In this document: piece by piece, positions 1 through 8,689 of the stretch | Layout of the letters: each line of letters starts with the position of its first letter | How positions within the stretch are numbered: position 1 is the first letter of the stretch | Assembly (NCBI GenBank): GCA_913048135.1 | Contig: CAJWVY010000003.1 | Span: 1-50,821, forward strand | Origin: an uncultured Verrucomicrobiales bacterium | GTDB lineage: Bacteria > Verrucomicrobiota > Verrucomicrobiia > Limisphaerales > UBA1100 | Direction: 5' to 3' | DNA: 50,821 nt | The notes under the pieces: generated by a model | Told to the model about the DNA's origin: nothing | What the model saw: the letters and a program-made list of their open reading frames with translations, nothing else | Database searches by the model: none | Made by a program: the position numbers and the translations under genes

Positions 1-762
1 GACGCCACCGTTCGATGCTGGGACATTCGAACCAAGGAGCAGACCGCGTGCTTCTACACGGGCGACGCGCCAAGCGGCAGGCTCGGAAGCGATAACGAGG
101 CGCATGAGGCCGGCAGAGGCGCGCTCTACACCTGCGCCATATCCTGCGACGGGGGCACCATCGCCGCGGCGGGCTTTGAGGGCATCGTGTACTTTTTCGA
201 CGTCGAGAGCGGCAAGGCGCTCAAGGCGCACCGGGTTCACAGCGGCGCCGTGCACAGGATCGTCGCTCATCCGCTGGAACACGGCGTGTTCGCCACCGCG
301 GGTCTCGACGGCAAGTGCTGCGTGGTGACCAGGGACGGTTTGCGCAAGGCCTTGAACCATACCATGCCCATACAGGGCTGCAGCTGGGACCCATTCCAGC
401 CGGATATCATCGCGTGCGGCGGGAAGGACGGCACTATTGAGATTTGGAACGTCACCAACGAGGACCACGAGTCCATCGACAAGATCCGCGATAAGCACAC
501 CTCCAAGGTGTACGGCGTGATGTACTCCCCGCTGGTTCAGGGACGGCTCATGAGCGTCTCTGACGATAACACCGCAAAGATCTTCGAGCTCACCCCCGAC
601 GGGCGATACACGGCGAGGATGCCGGTGACGCTGGAGGGCCACGAGTCCAACGTCCGCGGCCAGGCTTGGCACCCGGAGATTCCCGAGATTTGTTTCACGG
701 GATCCTGGGATAAGACCGTGCGCACGTGGAATTCCGTCACGGGCCAGTGCCTGCAAGTCACC
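1..762 (+). CDS. Fragment of a eukaryotic WD40-repeat protein (WDR17-like); open at window start, joined to bacterial DNA at ~748-762
   Basis: Frame 1 is open from base 1 (DATVRCWDIRT...). Successive WD repeats GLDGKCCV, GGKDGTIEIWN, HTSKVYGVMYSPLVQGRLMSVSDDNTAKIFE and GHESNVRGQAWHPEIPEICFTGSWDKTVRTWN follow the repeat order I recall for WDR17. Codons end mostly in G/C. The tail of track ORF 187..951 after ~762 is only pyrE antisense. Confidence 0.75.
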
Positions 763-1164
763 GCCGTGCTCGCGAACAATCTGGATGGTTTCATCCGCGC
801 GTCCGCCGCGCGTGACGACGTCTTCCACGACCAGGATTTTTTCCTGAGGATCGATCTGGAATCCACGCCGCAAAACCAAGGCGTCGTTTTCCTTTTCCAC
901 AAAAATAAACCGTACTCCCAATTGGCGTGCAACTTCCTGGCCGATGACTAGGCCACCCATGGCCGGGGCCACCACGGTGGTGATGCCGAGGTCGCGCACC
1001 TTGCCGGCAAGCGCGGCGCCGAGCTGCTCCACCACAGGCATTTTTTGGAGCGCCTGTGCGCATTGGAAAAATTCGCGGCTTCGCAGGCCGCTGCGCAAAA
1101 TGAAATGGCCCTCCAGTAGGGCGTGGTTTTTCCGGAACACTTCCAGCACTTGCTCACGAGTCAT
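748..1164 (-). CDS. pyrE: Orotate phosphoribosyltransferase, 3'-truncated at the junction (not in the ORF track)
   Basis: Hand translation from ATG 1164: MTREQVLEVFRKNHALLEGHFILRSGLRSREFFQCAQAL...APAMGGLVIGQEVARQLG...FVEKE...LRRGF...ILVVEDVVTRGGRADETIQIVREHGGDLQA. It has the PRPP motif VVEDVVTRGG; the expected C-terminal part (VDRS...) is absent. Confidence 0.92.
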
Positions 1165-1170
1165 GAGTGA

Positions 1171-1199
1171 ACGCTAAGGGCCGTTCGAGCCCAAGGCAA
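1171..1199 (-). promoter_or_regulatory. Sigma-70-type promoter of pyrE, probably leaderless
   Basis: TTGCCT-17 bp-TAGCGT-6 nt-ATG, no Shine-Dalgarno. Confidence 0.6.
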
Positions 1200-1257
1200 T
1201 CGCAAGTCATTCACGGATTCGGCTCGATTTTCACCGCGATTTACGCTTCAATCAACC

Positions 1258-1953
1258 GTGCCTCGGAGGGCCAAACTATTCATTGCCATTTTGCTTTTGC
1301 CTGTATGCATTGGCGTGCTGCGGGCTATGGGTGACTTGTGGCAGGGGTTTGAATTTCAAGGGGTGGTGATGGTGCCATTGGTTGCGGGCATCGCCTGCAT
1401 GGGGGCCTTGTATCGATGGCTGCCCCGGCCCATGTGGGTGTATGTGTTGGGTCACGAATTCACCCATGCGCTGGCAACCATGGCCTGTGGCGGGCGAGTG
1501 AAGGGCATGAAGGTCACCGGCGAGGGCGGGCATGTGTATGTTACCAAGGATAATTTTTTTGTCACATTAGCCCCGTATTTTGTGCCGCTGTATGCCGTGT
1601 TGGTATTCGCGTTATTCGCCTTGGGACGGATGTTTTGGGGGTGGAACACCCCGTGGGCTTGGGGAGTTTTTCATTGGGCGTTGGGCTTGGCGTATGCTTT
1701 TCATGTGTTGTTAACCGTGGAAATACTGCGCACACGCCAACCGGATATTACTTCGCAGGGCCGCTGTTTTTCAGGAGTTATTATATTGCTGGGGAATACG
1801 CTAATTCTGATGGCAGGCTGGTCGTTGGTGATGGGTGAACCGGGTTTGATGGAGGTGGGGCGAGAGGTTGCCAGTGGAGTGGGCCGGACGTTTCAGGATA
1901 TGGGTGGCTGGGCGCAACGCGGGGTGGCGGCCATTAATTCAGCCTTGAAATAG
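1258..1953 (+). CDS. Membrane protein with HExxH motif, putative M50-like zinc metallopeptidase
   Basis: Several hydrophobic helices; YVLGHEFTHAL; LAPYF motif. Confidence 0.7.
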   Translation: MPRRAKLFIAILLLPVCIGVLRAMGDLWQGFEFQGVVMVPLVAGIACMGALYRWLPRPMWVYVLGHEFTHALATMACGGRVKGMKVTGEGGHVYVTKDNFFVTLAPYFVPLYAVLVFALFALGRMFWGWNTPWAWGVFHWALGLAYAFHVLLTVEILRTRQPDITSQGRCFSGVIILLGNTLILMAGWSLVMGEPGLMEVGREVASGVGRTFQDMGGWAQRGVAAINSALK

Positions 1954-1984
1954 CCCCCTCCATCATGCGAAATGCCTCCACGAA

Positions 1985-2446
1985 ATGACACTGAGTGAAA
2001 TTGTCCAGGCCGAGCATATCGTGCCGGACCTTCAAGCCACGGATCGTTGGGAGGCGATCGACGAATTGATAGGCCAGCTGGTGAGCAGCGGCGCGATCAA
2101 GGAAGAGGATCGCGAGGCCATTACCGAGGTCGTCAAGAAGCGGGAAAATTCCATGAGCACCGGCATCGGTTTTGGGATCGGTATCCCTCATGCCGCCACG
2201 GATGTGATCGGGGATGTTGTCGGCGCGCTGGGTCGCTCCAAGGCCGGCATTGATTTTGAGGCGCTGGACAATCAGCCAGTCAATTTGGTGGTGTTGTTTC
2301 TCGTGCCGCAAGGTCAGTTTCAAAAGCATCTTCATACATTGGCCAACATCGCCAAGTTGCTGCATAACCGCGAGTTTCGTGATTCACTGGATAACGCCGA
2401 AGATGCGGCGGCCATTCAACAGATCATCAGCCAACCGGCCGAGTAA
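1985..2446 (+). CDS. PTS EIIA component (fructose/mannitol/Ntr type)
   Basis: KRENSMSTGIGFGIGIPHA with phospho-His; GIDFEALDNQPVNLVVL. Confidence 0.9.
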   Translation: MTLSEIVQAEHIVPDLQATDRWEAIDELIGQLVSSGAIKEEDREAITEVVKKRENSMSTGIGFGIGIPHAATDVIGDVVGALGRSKAGIDFEALDNQPVNLVVLFLVPQGQFQKHLHTLANIAKLLHNREFRDSLDNAEDAAAIQQIISQPAE

Positions 2447-2451
2447 TCGCT

Positions 2452-4155
2452 GTGATCCAGGCCGAGATCGAGCAACGCCTTCAGGAAGCAACGCTGGCGC
2501 ATTTGCCGGATGCAGATCCTTCCCGCGTTTTGGTGCGTCCGTGTGCAGATCCACAGCACGGCGATTACCAAAGCAATGCGCTCATGGGTTTGGCTAAGCA
2601 GCGGAAGATGAATCCGCGTCAGCTTGCCGAACAGGTGGTGGAAACTCTGGATGTGGCCGATTGGTGTGAGCCGGTGGAAATCGCCGGTCCCGGTTTCTTG
2701 AATTTTCGATTGAAGCCCGATGCCCTCCAGCAATCATTGCAGGCGGCTCTCGGCTCAGAGTGTCCGTTTGTCTTCCCAGCGAAATCACCCCGGACGGTGG
2801 TGGTGGATTTCAGCTCGCCCAATGTCGCCAAACCGATGCATGTGGGGCATATCCGATCGACTATTTTGGGGGACACCTTGGCACGTGTGCTGCGAATGCT
2901 TGGGCATCGAGTGGTGACCGATAATCACATCGGTGATTGGGGCACTCAGTTTGGCATGCTGTTGCTCGGTTGGAAAACGGAGTTGAACGAAGCGGCCTTG
3001 AAGCAGGATCCGATCGCCGAACTAGAGCGGCTCTACAAAGCCATCAATGCCGATGAATCGCGCCGGGACGAGGCACGGGCCGAGTTGGTGAAACTGCAAT
3101 CGGGCGACGAGGAGAATCTCGCGATTTGGCAACGCATGATTGCGCTTTCTCAGGAACAATTTGACCACGTATACGGCCGGCTTGGGGTGACATTTGACGA
3201 GACGTTGGGCGAAAGTTTTTACAACCCGCAATTGCCCGGGCTGGTTGAGGAGTTGCAAGGGAAGGGGATTGCCGAGCTGAGTGAAGGGGCGATGGTGGTG
3301 CGATTTCCCGGTGATAAACAATTGGCAGATAAGCCGGCGATTGTACGCAAGCGTGATGGGGCGGCGAATTATACCACCACGGATCTCGCCACTCTGCGTT
3401 ATCGCATGGAGACGTGGTTGCCTACGGATATCGTTTATGTGACCGACGGCCGACAACAGCTGCATTTCCAGCAGCTCTTCAATATTTTTGGCCGGTGGCA
3501 GGAATCAGTTTCAGCCAAGCTGGAGCATGTTTGGTTTGGGTCCATTCTTGGGCCGGATGGGAAACCCTTCAAGACGCGCAGTGGGGAAACCGTGCGTTTG
3601 GCTGATCTGCTCGATGAAGCGGAGGAACGGGCCCTTGCGGTGGTGAGTGAAAAAAATCCGGATCTTCCAGATACTGAACGGCGTGAGATTGCTAGGGTGG
3701 TCGGTTTGGGGGCCTTGAAATATGCCGATCTCTCAAACAACCGGCAGAGTGATTACATTTTTGATTGGGACAAAATGCTCGCATTGCAGGGCAACACCGC
3801 GCCGTACCTCCAATATGCCTACACGCGCGTGCGCAGCATTTTCCGTAAAGTGGATGCGCCGGACTTTACGAAGGTGGAGTTGCAACTCAAGGCGCCTGAG
3901 GAATTGGCCTTGGCCAAGCACCTGATGAATTTTGGGCAGACACTGGAAATGGTGGCTCAAGATTATCGGCCCAACTTTTTGTGCAATTACCTGTTCGAAC
4001 TGGCGGGGCATTTCAGCCGTTTCTATGAAGCCTGTCCGGTCCTCAAGGCAGAAGCTGCTGAACGGGACAGTCGCTTGGCTTTGTGCGAATTGTCAGCGCG
4101 AGTACTAAGTTCCGGGCTGGATGCGCTGGGCATCGAGGTTACTGAAGTAATGTAA
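2452..4155 (+). CDS. argS: Arginine--tRNA ligase
   Basis: VDFSSPNVAKPMHVGHIRST (HIGH-like), GDWGTQFG, FKTRSG, GNTAPYLQYAYTR. Confidence 0.97.
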   Translation: MIQAEIEQRLQEATLAHLPDADPSRVLVRPCADPQHGDYQSNALMGLAKQRKMNPRQLAEQVVETLDVADWCEPVEIAGPGFLNFRLKPDALQQSLQAALGSECPFVFPAKSPRTVVVDFSSPNVAKPMHVGHIRSTILGDTLARVLRMLGHRVVTDNHIGDWGTQFGMLLLGWKTELNEAALKQDPIAELERLYKAINADESRRDEARAELVKLQSGDEENLAIWQRMIALSQEQFDHVYGRLGVTFDETLGESFYNPQLPGLVEELQGKGIAELSEGAMVVRFPGDKQLADKPAIVRKRDGAANYTTTDLATLRYRMETWLPTDIVYVTDGRQQLHFQQLFNIFGRWQESVSAKLEHVWFGSILGPDGKPFKTRSGETVRLADLLDEAEERALAVVSEKNPDLPDTERREIARVVGLGALKYADLSNNRQSDYIFDWDKMLALQGNTAPYLQYAYTRVRSIFRKVDAPDFTKVELQLKAPEELALAKHLMNFGQTLEMVAQDYRPNFLCNYLFELAGHFSRFYEACPVLKAEAAERDSRLALCELSARVLSSGLDALGIEVTEVM

Positions 4156-4741
4156 GCAGATGCCGGAACAAGGCGCGCTCGTCGGCGCAATGTTTTGTCT
4201 CTTTCGCGACTAAACCGAAGCCCTCACCGTATGCTGGGCCGTTCATGACGCAGGCGTCTGTTCGACAGGTTTTTATCTGCTCCAACCCCTTGTTGACCAC
4301 TTGCTTGGGGCGGCCTGTCACTTCGTATTTCCAACCCACCAGAAAGGCCTCAGGATGCCATCGACGCAGTTGGCGGATAATCTTTGGGGTGGGCTTGAGA
4401 GTTAATGTGAGGCTTTCAGCGCTTGGGATTTTGCCTCGGCGAGACCGGGCGACGGTGAAATCGGAGACCGCTGCTACATGGAAAATCGCTTTCACCTTCA
4501 GTGTGGCCGCTCCTTTCATTTGCTGTTGCAGTGAGCGCGTGGTGTTGAAGCGAAGGATGCGAACCTTTCGGCTGCGCGGATTGTGCAGTGCGGTTTCCGA
4601 AAGTAGCAATGTGACGCGGTGGCCGGCCCGTGCCAGAGCATCGGCCAAGGCACAGCCCAGCCGGCCGGTGGAGTGGTTGGTTAACCGGCGCACTTCATCG
4701 ATCGGCTCGTAAGTTGCGCCGGCGGTGACCAAACAGTGCAT
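4139..4741 (-). CDS. coaB: Stand-alone phosphopantothenate--cysteine ligase (CoaB domain only); start moved to ATG 4741
   Basis: MHCLVTAGATYEPIDEVRRLTNHSTGRLG, HVAAVSDF, PTPKII, LVGWKYE; no CoaC flavoprotein domain. The track ORF's extra N-terminus overlaps the Hsp70 gene. Confidence 0.85.
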   Translation of the reverse strand: MHCLVTAGATYEPIDEVRRLTNHSTGRLGCALADALARAGHRVTLLLSETALHNPRSRKVRILRFNTTRSLQQQMKGAATLKVKAIFHVAAVSDFTVARSRRGKIPSAESLTLTLKPTPKIIRQLRRWHPEAFLVGWKYEVTGRPKQVVNKGLEQIKTCRTDACVMNGPAYGEGFGLVAKETKHCADERALFRHLLTLLQ

Positions 4742-4750
4742 GCGGCAGAG

Positions 4751-4779
4751 TGGACAACTCCACCCGTTCAATGCAAGCT
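4751..4779 (+). promoter_or_regulatory. Promoter of the Hsp70 gene, overlapping a divergent coaB promoter
   Basis: Plus strand TGGACA-17-CAAGCT-6 nt-ATG(4786); minus strand TTGCAT-18-CACTCT-5 nt-ATG(4741). Confidence 0.5.
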
Positions 4780-4785
4780 CCGCGC

Positions 4786-6600
4786 ATGAACAAAATTGTC
4801 GGCATTGATTTGGGGACCACCCATTCGGCCATCGCCGTGGTCGAGGCGGGGATGCCCGGAATTCTTGCCGACGCGGAAGGCCGAAGATTGCTGCCTTCCG
4901 TGGTGCATTTCCCGGCGAATGGTGAACCGGTGGTGGGTGTTGCCGCCAAGCGCATTCAAACGGTGGAGCCAGAGCGGACAGTTTCATCGGCTAAACGGTT
5001 TATGGGACGATTCGAAAATACCTTGGTAAAAGGCGAGGCCGCCTCACCGGTGGAGGTTTCGGCGTTGATCCTCAAGGAACTTCGGGCTCAAGCGGAGGCG
5101 GCTTTGGGCGAATCGGTGGATCGTGCTGTCATTACTGTGCCGGCTTATTTCAATGACGCCCAACGTCAGGCCACCAAGCTGGCGGGGGAACAGGCCGGTT
5201 GGAAGGTGGAGCGGATTATTAATGAACCCACGGCCGCGGCCTTGGCGTGTGGTCTTCAGGGCTCGCCGGAGGGGGATCAGGTGGCAGTGTACGATTTGGG
5301 CGGCGGCACATTTGATCTGTCGATTCTTGAGCTTCGTGAAGGGGTGTTTCAAGTGCTTGCCACACACGGCAACACGGCATTGGGTGGTGATGATGTGGAT
5401 GCAGCGATTGCGGAATGGTTGGAGACGAAAGTCGAAGGTGAGCTCGATGCCATAGGCAAGGCGCGCATTCGTGAAGCGGCCGAGCAAGCGAAAATTGCTT
5501 TGTCCAGTTCTGATGAATACCGAATTCAGCTTCCGTTTCTGAAACCGGATTTCAGTTTGGAAGTGAACTTCAGCCGGGCTGATTTGGAGTCGCTGGCGCG
5601 GCCGATCCTTGAACAAACCAAAACACACTGTCGTCAGGCCTTGGCGGATGCTGGCATGGAGGCGGCGGGTTTATCGCAGGTGATCTTGGTGGGCGGACAA
5701 ACCCGGATGCCTTTGGTGCGACGGCTGGTTGCGGAGTGGTTTGAGTGTGTGGAGTACGAGGAGGTGCGAGGGGATGTGCGTTTGGGCGATTCCTTTCATG
5801 TGGCCGATGGGGCCGTGTTGAATACCGGAGTCAATCCTGATGAAGCCGTAGCGTTGGGGGCGTCCATTCAGGGAGCGATTTTGTCTGGGGAAATGACGTC
5901 GACTTTGCTTTTGGACGTGACGCCTTTGTCCTTAGGGGTGGAAACATTTGGCGGTTTGATGAATGTGATTATCCCTCGCAACACCACGATCCCGGCCAAG
6001 GCGGGTGAAATGTTTACCAATGCAGTAGATGGCCAACGGGCGATGCTGGTGCATGTCCTGCAGGGGGAACGCGAGCGGGCGGCCGATAACTGGAGCTTGG
6101 GGCGGTTTGAATTGGAATTTGAATCCGCACCACGCGGGGGCGCCCGTGTAGGGGTACAGTTTGAAATTGATGCAGACGGCATTTTGCAAGTGCTCGCCCG
6201 GGATACGACCACTGGACGTGAGAAGATTGTGCCCATCCAATCGGCCGTGGACGTGAGTGATGATCGCGTCCAGGAAATGGTTGAGGAATCGGTGGAGCAT
6301 GCCTTTGAGGATATGGACGCGCGACGCTGGGTGGAGGCGGCACTTAAGGCAGGCGAGGCGGTCAAGGCGGCGCGCGATGGGCTCGAGGCGTTTCGTGGTG
6401 AGCTGGACAATTCACAGATCATCGACGAGGCCATTGCGGCTGTGGAGGGTTTGCTGCAGTCAGCGGATAATGATCAGGGGGATTTGACGGCGCTCAAGGC
6501 AGCCGTGGCGCGGTTGGATCAGGTGACCCTGCCTTTGGCGGATCTCATGATGGATCGCGCCATGGAAGCGATGCTGCGTAAGCAAGGGGTGCTGGATTAA
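4786..6600 (+). CDS. Hsp70-family chaperone (HscA/DnaK paralog)
   Basis: GIDLGTT, TVPAYFNDAQRQAT, INEPTAAA, DLGGGTFD, LVGGQTRMP, NPDEAVALGA, LLDVTPLSLG. Confidence 0.92.
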   Translation: MNKIVGIDLGTTHSAIAVVEAGMPGILADAEGRRLLPSVVHFPANGEPVVGVAAKRIQTVEPERTVSSAKRFMGRFENTLVKGEAASPVEVSALILKELRAQAEAALGESVDRAVITVPAYFNDAQRQATKLAGEQAGWKVERIINEPTAAALACGLQGSPEGDQVAVYDLGGGTFDLSILELREGVFQVLATHGNTALGGDDVDAAIAEWLETKVEGELDAIGKARIREAAEQAKIALSSSDEYRIQLPFLKPDFSLEVNFSRADLESLARPILEQTKTHCRQALADAGMEAAGLSQVILVGGQTRMPLVRRLVAEWFECVEYEEVRGDVRLGDSFHVADGAVLNTGVNPDEAVALGASIQGAILSGEMTSTLLLDVTPLSLGVETFGGLMNVIIPRNTTIPAKAGEMFTNAVDGQRAMLVHVLQGERERAADNWSLGRFELEFESAPRGGARVGVQFEIDADGILQVLARDTTTGREKIVPIQSAVDVSDDRVQEMVEESVEHAFEDMDARRWVEAALKAGEAVKAARDGLEAFRGELDNSQIIDEAIAAVEGLLQSADNDQGDLTALKAAVARLDQVTLPLADLMMDRAMEAMLRKQGVLD

Positions 6601-7298
6601 TTCTCCGCCGCCGCGGGATCCAGGTTCTCGAACGGCGTATTGAGATTCTTCTCATCCTTGCCGGAGGAATCCTCTGCTGAATCGTCGTCGTGCGGTTCTT
6701 CCTCAAGATCTTTCAGCTTCGATTTCTCATGAGGATTTTCAGCGCGTTGATTAGCCGGGAGCGGGTTGACCAGTGCGTCAATGCCCCGGCCGGCAAGCCG
6801 TGGGGCAACGTCTGATTTACCCCAAGGTTTTAGGGCATCGATGAATCGTTTGACCGTGTCGAATCCAATATCCTTGTGGGCATTTTCCCGTCCGCGGAAT
6901 CTAAGGTGGATTTTCACCTTCATGTCCTGACACAGGAAGTTGGTGGCGTGAGCCAGCTTGAAATCGAAGTCGTGCTGTTCGCAGCGGGGGCGGAGTTGGA
7001 CCTCTTTGACCTTGCCGACTTGCGCGCTCTTCTTGTTTTCCTTTTTCTTCTTGGATTCCTCGTACTGGTATTTTCCGAAATCACAAATACGACATACCGG
7101 CGGACGGGCGTTTGGCGAGATTTCCACCAGATCGAAGCCGGCTCGTTTGGCCAAAGCCAGTGCCTCCTCAGTTTTCATGACGCCCACCTGTTGGCCTTCG
7201 GCATCCACTACACGTACCTCTCGGACGCGGATGCGTTCGTTGACCCGGGTGCGGGGTTCCCAGCGTCGTCCTCTGCCCTTACCACGCGGACGACTCAA
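6597..7298 (-). CDS. infC: Translation initiation factor IF-3, TTG start, acidic C-terminal extension
   Basis: RVNERIRVREVRVV, DLVEISPNARPPVCRICDFGKYQYE, KVKEVQLRP, RFRGRE. Confidence 0.95.
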   Translation of the reverse strand: MSRPRGKGRGRRWEPRTRVNERIRVREVRVVDAEGQQVGVMKTEEALALAKRAGFDLVEISPNARPPVCRICDFGKYQYEESKKKKENKKSAQVGKVKEVQLRPRCEQHDFDFKLAHATNFLCQDMKVKIHLRFRGRENAHKDIGFDTVKRFIDALKPWGKSDVAPRLAGRGIDALVNPLPANQRAENPHEKSKLKDLEEEPHDDDSAEDSSGKDEKNLNTPFENLDPAAAEN

Positions 7299-7465
7299 AG
7301 CAGTTCCTGAATTTGTTGAATGGCCATATCTCGGTACCGACGCAATGTGCGTACGGAATTTATGTATTTGAGCGTAAACTTCTCAAGAGGCAAGGAAATC
7401 TTTGATATGTCCCGCGCTTTTTCATGGCCAATACGCAGGGTAATCGGTACTTTCCCGCCCCGGTT

Positions 7466-8680
7466 ATGGCTACCTTGAAACCATTTGCCGCCCTGCGGCC
7501 CAAACCTGAGCTTGCAGCCCAGATCTGTGAGCTGCCTTACGACGTTATGAGCAGTGGGGAAGCGCGCGAAATTGCCGCAGGTAATCCCTATAGTTTTTTG
7601 CACGTTAGCAAGCCCGAGATTGATCTCGAACCGGGGGTGGACGTGTATTCCGAGGCTGTGTATGCGAAGGGGGCGGAAAATTTCCAGCTACTTCAAGAGC
7701 AGGGCGCCCTCGTGCAGGACTCCCAGCCGGGATTTTACCTGTACCGCCAGATCATGGATGGCCATGCCCAAGTAGGCTTGGTGGCGGCAGCGAGTTGCGC
7801 GGAATACGATGCAGAAATCATTAAGAAACATGAGCTAACCCGGCCAGCCAAGGAAGACGATCGGGTTCGTCATATTGAGGCGTTGGATTCCCAAACCGGC
7901 CCGGTGTTCCTCACTTATCGAGCCGATGCCGAGGTGGATGCCTTTTTTGAACGAGTGATCGCCACGGAGCCGGATATTGATTTCACGGCGGAAGATGGTG
8001 TGCAGCACACGGCTTGGAATGTGTTTGATGCTGAAGACATTGCTTTTTTGCAGGCAAAGTTTGAGGCAATTGATTTTCTGTACATTGCCGATGGACATCA
8101 CCGAAGCGCGGCGGCTTCACGCGTGAACGTCTCCCGATCCGGCGCGGGGCAAAGCGGGTTTTTCCTGACGGTGACATTTCCTCATAACCAAATGAAAATC
8201 CTCGCCTACAACCGGGCAGTGAAGGATTTAAATGGTTTGGACGCGGAAATGTTTCTGGAGCGGCTGGAAACGGTTTTTGAAATCACCGAAGGCGGCGCCG
8301 GCGATTGTGGCGCAAAAAATGAACTGGGCTTGTACTTGAAAGGCACCTGGCGACGGCTTGTGTTTAAACCGGAATTTGCCAAAGCCGACACGCCCATGGA
8401 TGAGCTGGATGTGGCGTTGCTCCAGAACCATGTCTTGAGCCCCATGCTTGCGATTGATGATCCGCGCACCAGTGACCGGATTGATTTCATTGGCGGAATC
8501 CGTGGCACCGCGGAGCTGGAGAGGCTTGTGGATGGTGGTGACTACGCCTGCGCATTTTCGATGTACCCCACCAGCATTGAGGATTTGATGGCGATTGCGG
8601 ATGCCGGGGGTATCATGCCGCCCAAAAGCACATGGTTTGAGCCAAAGTTGCGCGACGCCATGTTTTGTCACATGATTTAA
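7466..8680 (+). CDS. DUF1015 family protein
   Basis: LPYDV, IKKHELT, YIADGHHR, MPPKSTWFEPKLR; start at MATLKPF behind TGGCCA-17-TACTTT. Confidence 0.88.
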   Translation: MATLKPFAALRPKPELAAQICELPYDVMSSGEAREIAAGNPYSFLHVSKPEIDLEPGVDVYSEAVYAKGAENFQLLQEQGALVQDSQPGFYLYRQIMDGHAQVGLVAAASCAEYDAEIIKKHELTRPAKEDDRVRHIEALDSQTGPVFLTYRADAEVDAFFERVIATEPDIDFTAEDGVQHTAWNVFDAEDIAFLQAKFEAIDFLYIADGHHRSAAASRVNVSRSGAGQSGFFLTVTFPHNQMKILAYNRAVKDLNGLDAEMFLERLETVFEITEGGAGDCGAKNELGLYLKGTWRRLVFKPEFAKADTPMDELDVALLQNHVLSPMLAIDDPRTSDRIDFIGGIRGTAELERLVDGGDYACAFSMYPTSIEDLMAIADAGGIMPPKSTWFEPKLRDAMFCHMI

Positions 8681-8689
8681 TTTTATCCG

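Noticed and set aside
691-706. parS-like TGTTTCAC half-sites (also near 14942)
   Set aside because: Half-sites only, inside coding sequence, with no palindromic second arm
187-951. Track ORF as a complete 254-aa bacterial WD40 gene
   Set aside because: The frame is open from base 1, and the last ~60 codons are pyrE antisense
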